A stretch of 64,000 nucleotides of DNA from Eledone cirrhosa (taxonomy: Eukaryota), in NCBI GenBank assembly GCA_964016885.1, contig OZ024754.1:2666001-2730000 (forward strand), written 5' to 3'. Below, in pieces: positions 61,425 through 64,000 of this stretch (positions within the stretch are counted from its first letter, which is position 1; every line of letters begins with the position of its first letter). The position numbers were made by a program, and so were the translations under genes. The notes beneath the pieces are model-generated. The model worked only from the letters and a program-made list of their open reading frames with translations, did no database searches and had not been told where the DNA came from.

Positions 61425-61511
61425 CCCTCTTCCTGCTATATCAAGCGTTAACCTAATATATCCCTTCCGTATACTGTACGGATTGTGTTATTATTTCTGT
61501 TTAACTTTTAC

Positions 61512-61595
<84 letters not shown>

Positions 61596-61599
<4 letters not shown>

Positions 61600-61650
61600 A
61601 AATTCAGAACCCCGACGGCTGAGCTCCGGCCGTTTCGACAACTAGATCCG

Positions 61651-61653
<3 letters not shown>
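61596..61653 (-). mobile_element. Family M solo copy retaining the hammerhead 3' half
   Basis: Minus strand GAAA-cggc-cggagctca-gccg-TC-ggggttctga. Confidence 0.65.
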
Positions 61654-61725
<72 letters not shown>

Positions 61726-62251
61726 GTATATGTGTGTGTGTGTGTGTCTGTGTATGCATTTGTGTATGTGTCTGTGTATGCATGTGTGTGTGTGTGTATG
61801 TACGTGGTGTGAGTGAGTGTATGTATGTGTTACATTTAAAGAGAGGTACATTTAAAACTAGGCAGGAACAATCAAGTCATGTCTAAACGCCATGATACAT
61901 TTACAGTTTTATAGTTTTACAGTTCTAAAGAAACTAAATACAAAGAAACCAACTCGAATTTTACTTAATAACAGGTTTAAATAACTTTCAGTCTAAAAAT
62001 AACATAATATCGTAACAAAACTTAAGTGACACTGAATGGTTGAGGGCGTGAGGGACTATAAGAGGAGGGGTAAAGGATGATAAGAACTTAACAAGGATAG
62101 AATAAACTGCAATATATCAATATCATACATACATTTACTATAAACACACCCGTGTATGTATACACACTGGTACGCATGCACGCACGCATATGAACTCACA
62201 AACAGAAAATCACACACAAACACACACGTAGGCACACACACACACACAAAC

Positions 62252-62353
<102 letters not shown>

Positions 62354-62529
62354 GTGTTACGTAATTCCAAAGGAAAAGCAAAGGAAAAAAAGAGTGCTCT
62401 GTGTATAGAACAGTGTTATTTAATTGTTATGGATAGCATCTCTGTCTGACGAACGATCCAGACGTATATATTATTATCGTCTGTGATCCAGAAACCTTTG
62501 GTAATGGAGTAGTTATATTTTGTGTTGTT

Positions 62530-62603
<74 letters not shown>

Positions 62604-62719
62604 TGTGGTTATTGTGGTTAACCCGATTCAACCAGGGATAAAGTTATATATCTATACTAGCAGTAAAACCCATGCTAGTCCCGTCAACTTATTATATATA
62701 TATATATTTATATATTTAT

Positions 62720-62838
62720 CCCGGGTTCAATCGGGGGTAACCACAGTAAGTTAGGTACTCAATACATATCAGAGTATAAATATCGAATATAGAAAAGGCT
62801 TCTACAGGACTAGAACTGTTTCATTCCGGAGAAATCAT
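62720..62838 (-). mobile_element. Family B reverse copy (arm plus tail)
   Basis: Matches the reverse complement of 29362-29480. Confidence 0.7.
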
Positions 62839-62843
62839 ATGTA

Positions 62844-62980
62844 TAGAAGTAGTTCCACAACAGTTAGTTTACCAAAACGAAAACAAGTGTTCCACCTGTT
62901 GTGGAACTACTTCTACAAAACTCGTCCCATGGACTGAGTGCTGTACTACTACGCATATAACCCTCCAGTGTTCTACTATT
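62844..62980 (+). mobile_element. Small foldback-plus-tail element
   Basis: 20-bp arms 62844-62863 / 62896-62915, tail with actc-gtcc-cat-ggac-t-gagt. Confidence 0.6.
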
Positions 62981-63006
62981 ATATATATATATATATAGAT
63001 ATATAT

Positions 63007-63056
<50 letters not shown>

Positions 63057-63125
63057 GAATAAAGAGAGAACAAAAAACAGAGAGGCAGTACAAATGATAT
63101 GGTTTTTAGTTTCACGCCTGGGAGT

Positions 63126-63251
<126 letters not shown>

Positions 63252-63290
63252 TATAGATGTATGTATATATATATAGTAATAGTAATAAAT

Positions 63291-63406
63291 GTGAAGACTG
63301 AAATCCGAAGAGGGCTCGATAAGGGTAATATATATATAAGAATATATAAAACCGTAGAACAAATATTTATTAAAATAACAGATTAAAGTTTAAGCAAAGA
63401 ATCGCT

Positions 63407-63410
<4 letters not shown>
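63291..63410 (-). mobile_element. Family E copy with tail
   Basis: Matches 45790-45910. Confidence 0.72.
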
Positions 63411-63468
<58 letters not shown>

Positions 63469-63514
63469 AAATAAAATAAATAAGTCAAATGTTTAAAATT
63501 TGGCCTCGTTTATT

Positions 63515-63569
63515 ACTGCTATATATATTTCGGTGACAGCCATCTTTGGCTGTGACCTCTTCAGGCAGT
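63515..63569 (-). ncRNA. Type I hammerhead ribozyme motif (family C)
   Basis: Minus strand: actgc-CTGAAGA-ggtcacagccaaagatggctgtcacc-GAAA-tatata-TA-gcagt. Confidence 0.8.
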
Positions 63570-63703
63570 CCGAATTAGTGTGGTAGAGACGAGTACACAT
63601 GTTGTTGAGGTGTTTAACTTTGTCAGTACTCTGATATGCCCAGTTCCTGGTTGGGTTGTTGTTTCACTGAGGAACTGGAATCAACCAACATATACTCAAA
63701 ATT

Positions 63704-63739
<36 letters not shown>

Positions 63740-63745
63740 TGTGTG

Positions 63746-63841
<96 letters not shown>

Positions 63842-63869
63842 GTATATATATATAATATATATATATAAT

Positions 63870-63905
<36 letters not shown>

Positions 63906-64000
63906 CAGTATATATATATGTATATGTATATATATGTATATATATTTCTGATTTTTCGGACCCATGGTTTTTTACATATTCCTTTGTTATATTCCAATAC

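Overview
Eukaryotic, extremely microsatellite-rich window with one 200-N gap at 56922-57121. The SINE and LINE content suggests an octopod cephalopod (inference from recalled repeat families). No host gene is confidently identifiable, and almost the whole ORF track is an artefact of (TA)n, (CA)n and trinucleotide repeats. Recognisable parts: many tRNA-derived SINE copies (two families), an L1/Tx1-like ORF1 plus a separate ORF2 3' end, a CRE-like endonuclease C-terminal fragment, mariner- and hAT-type MITEs, minisatellites, and a possible decayed SLOG/TRPM-like frame. The main signal is about 10 sequence-unrelated families of short non-coding elements, mostly inside (TA)n tracts, that share one design: inverted arm, arm, and in most a 65-160 nt tail opening with an ACTC...GAGT stem. 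Many carry type-I hammerhead ribozyme motifs, including copies with compensatory changes, very long stem II insertions and a U3-A8 core variant. This fits non-autonomous Penelope-like or retrozyme-like retroelements with fixed internal boundaries.
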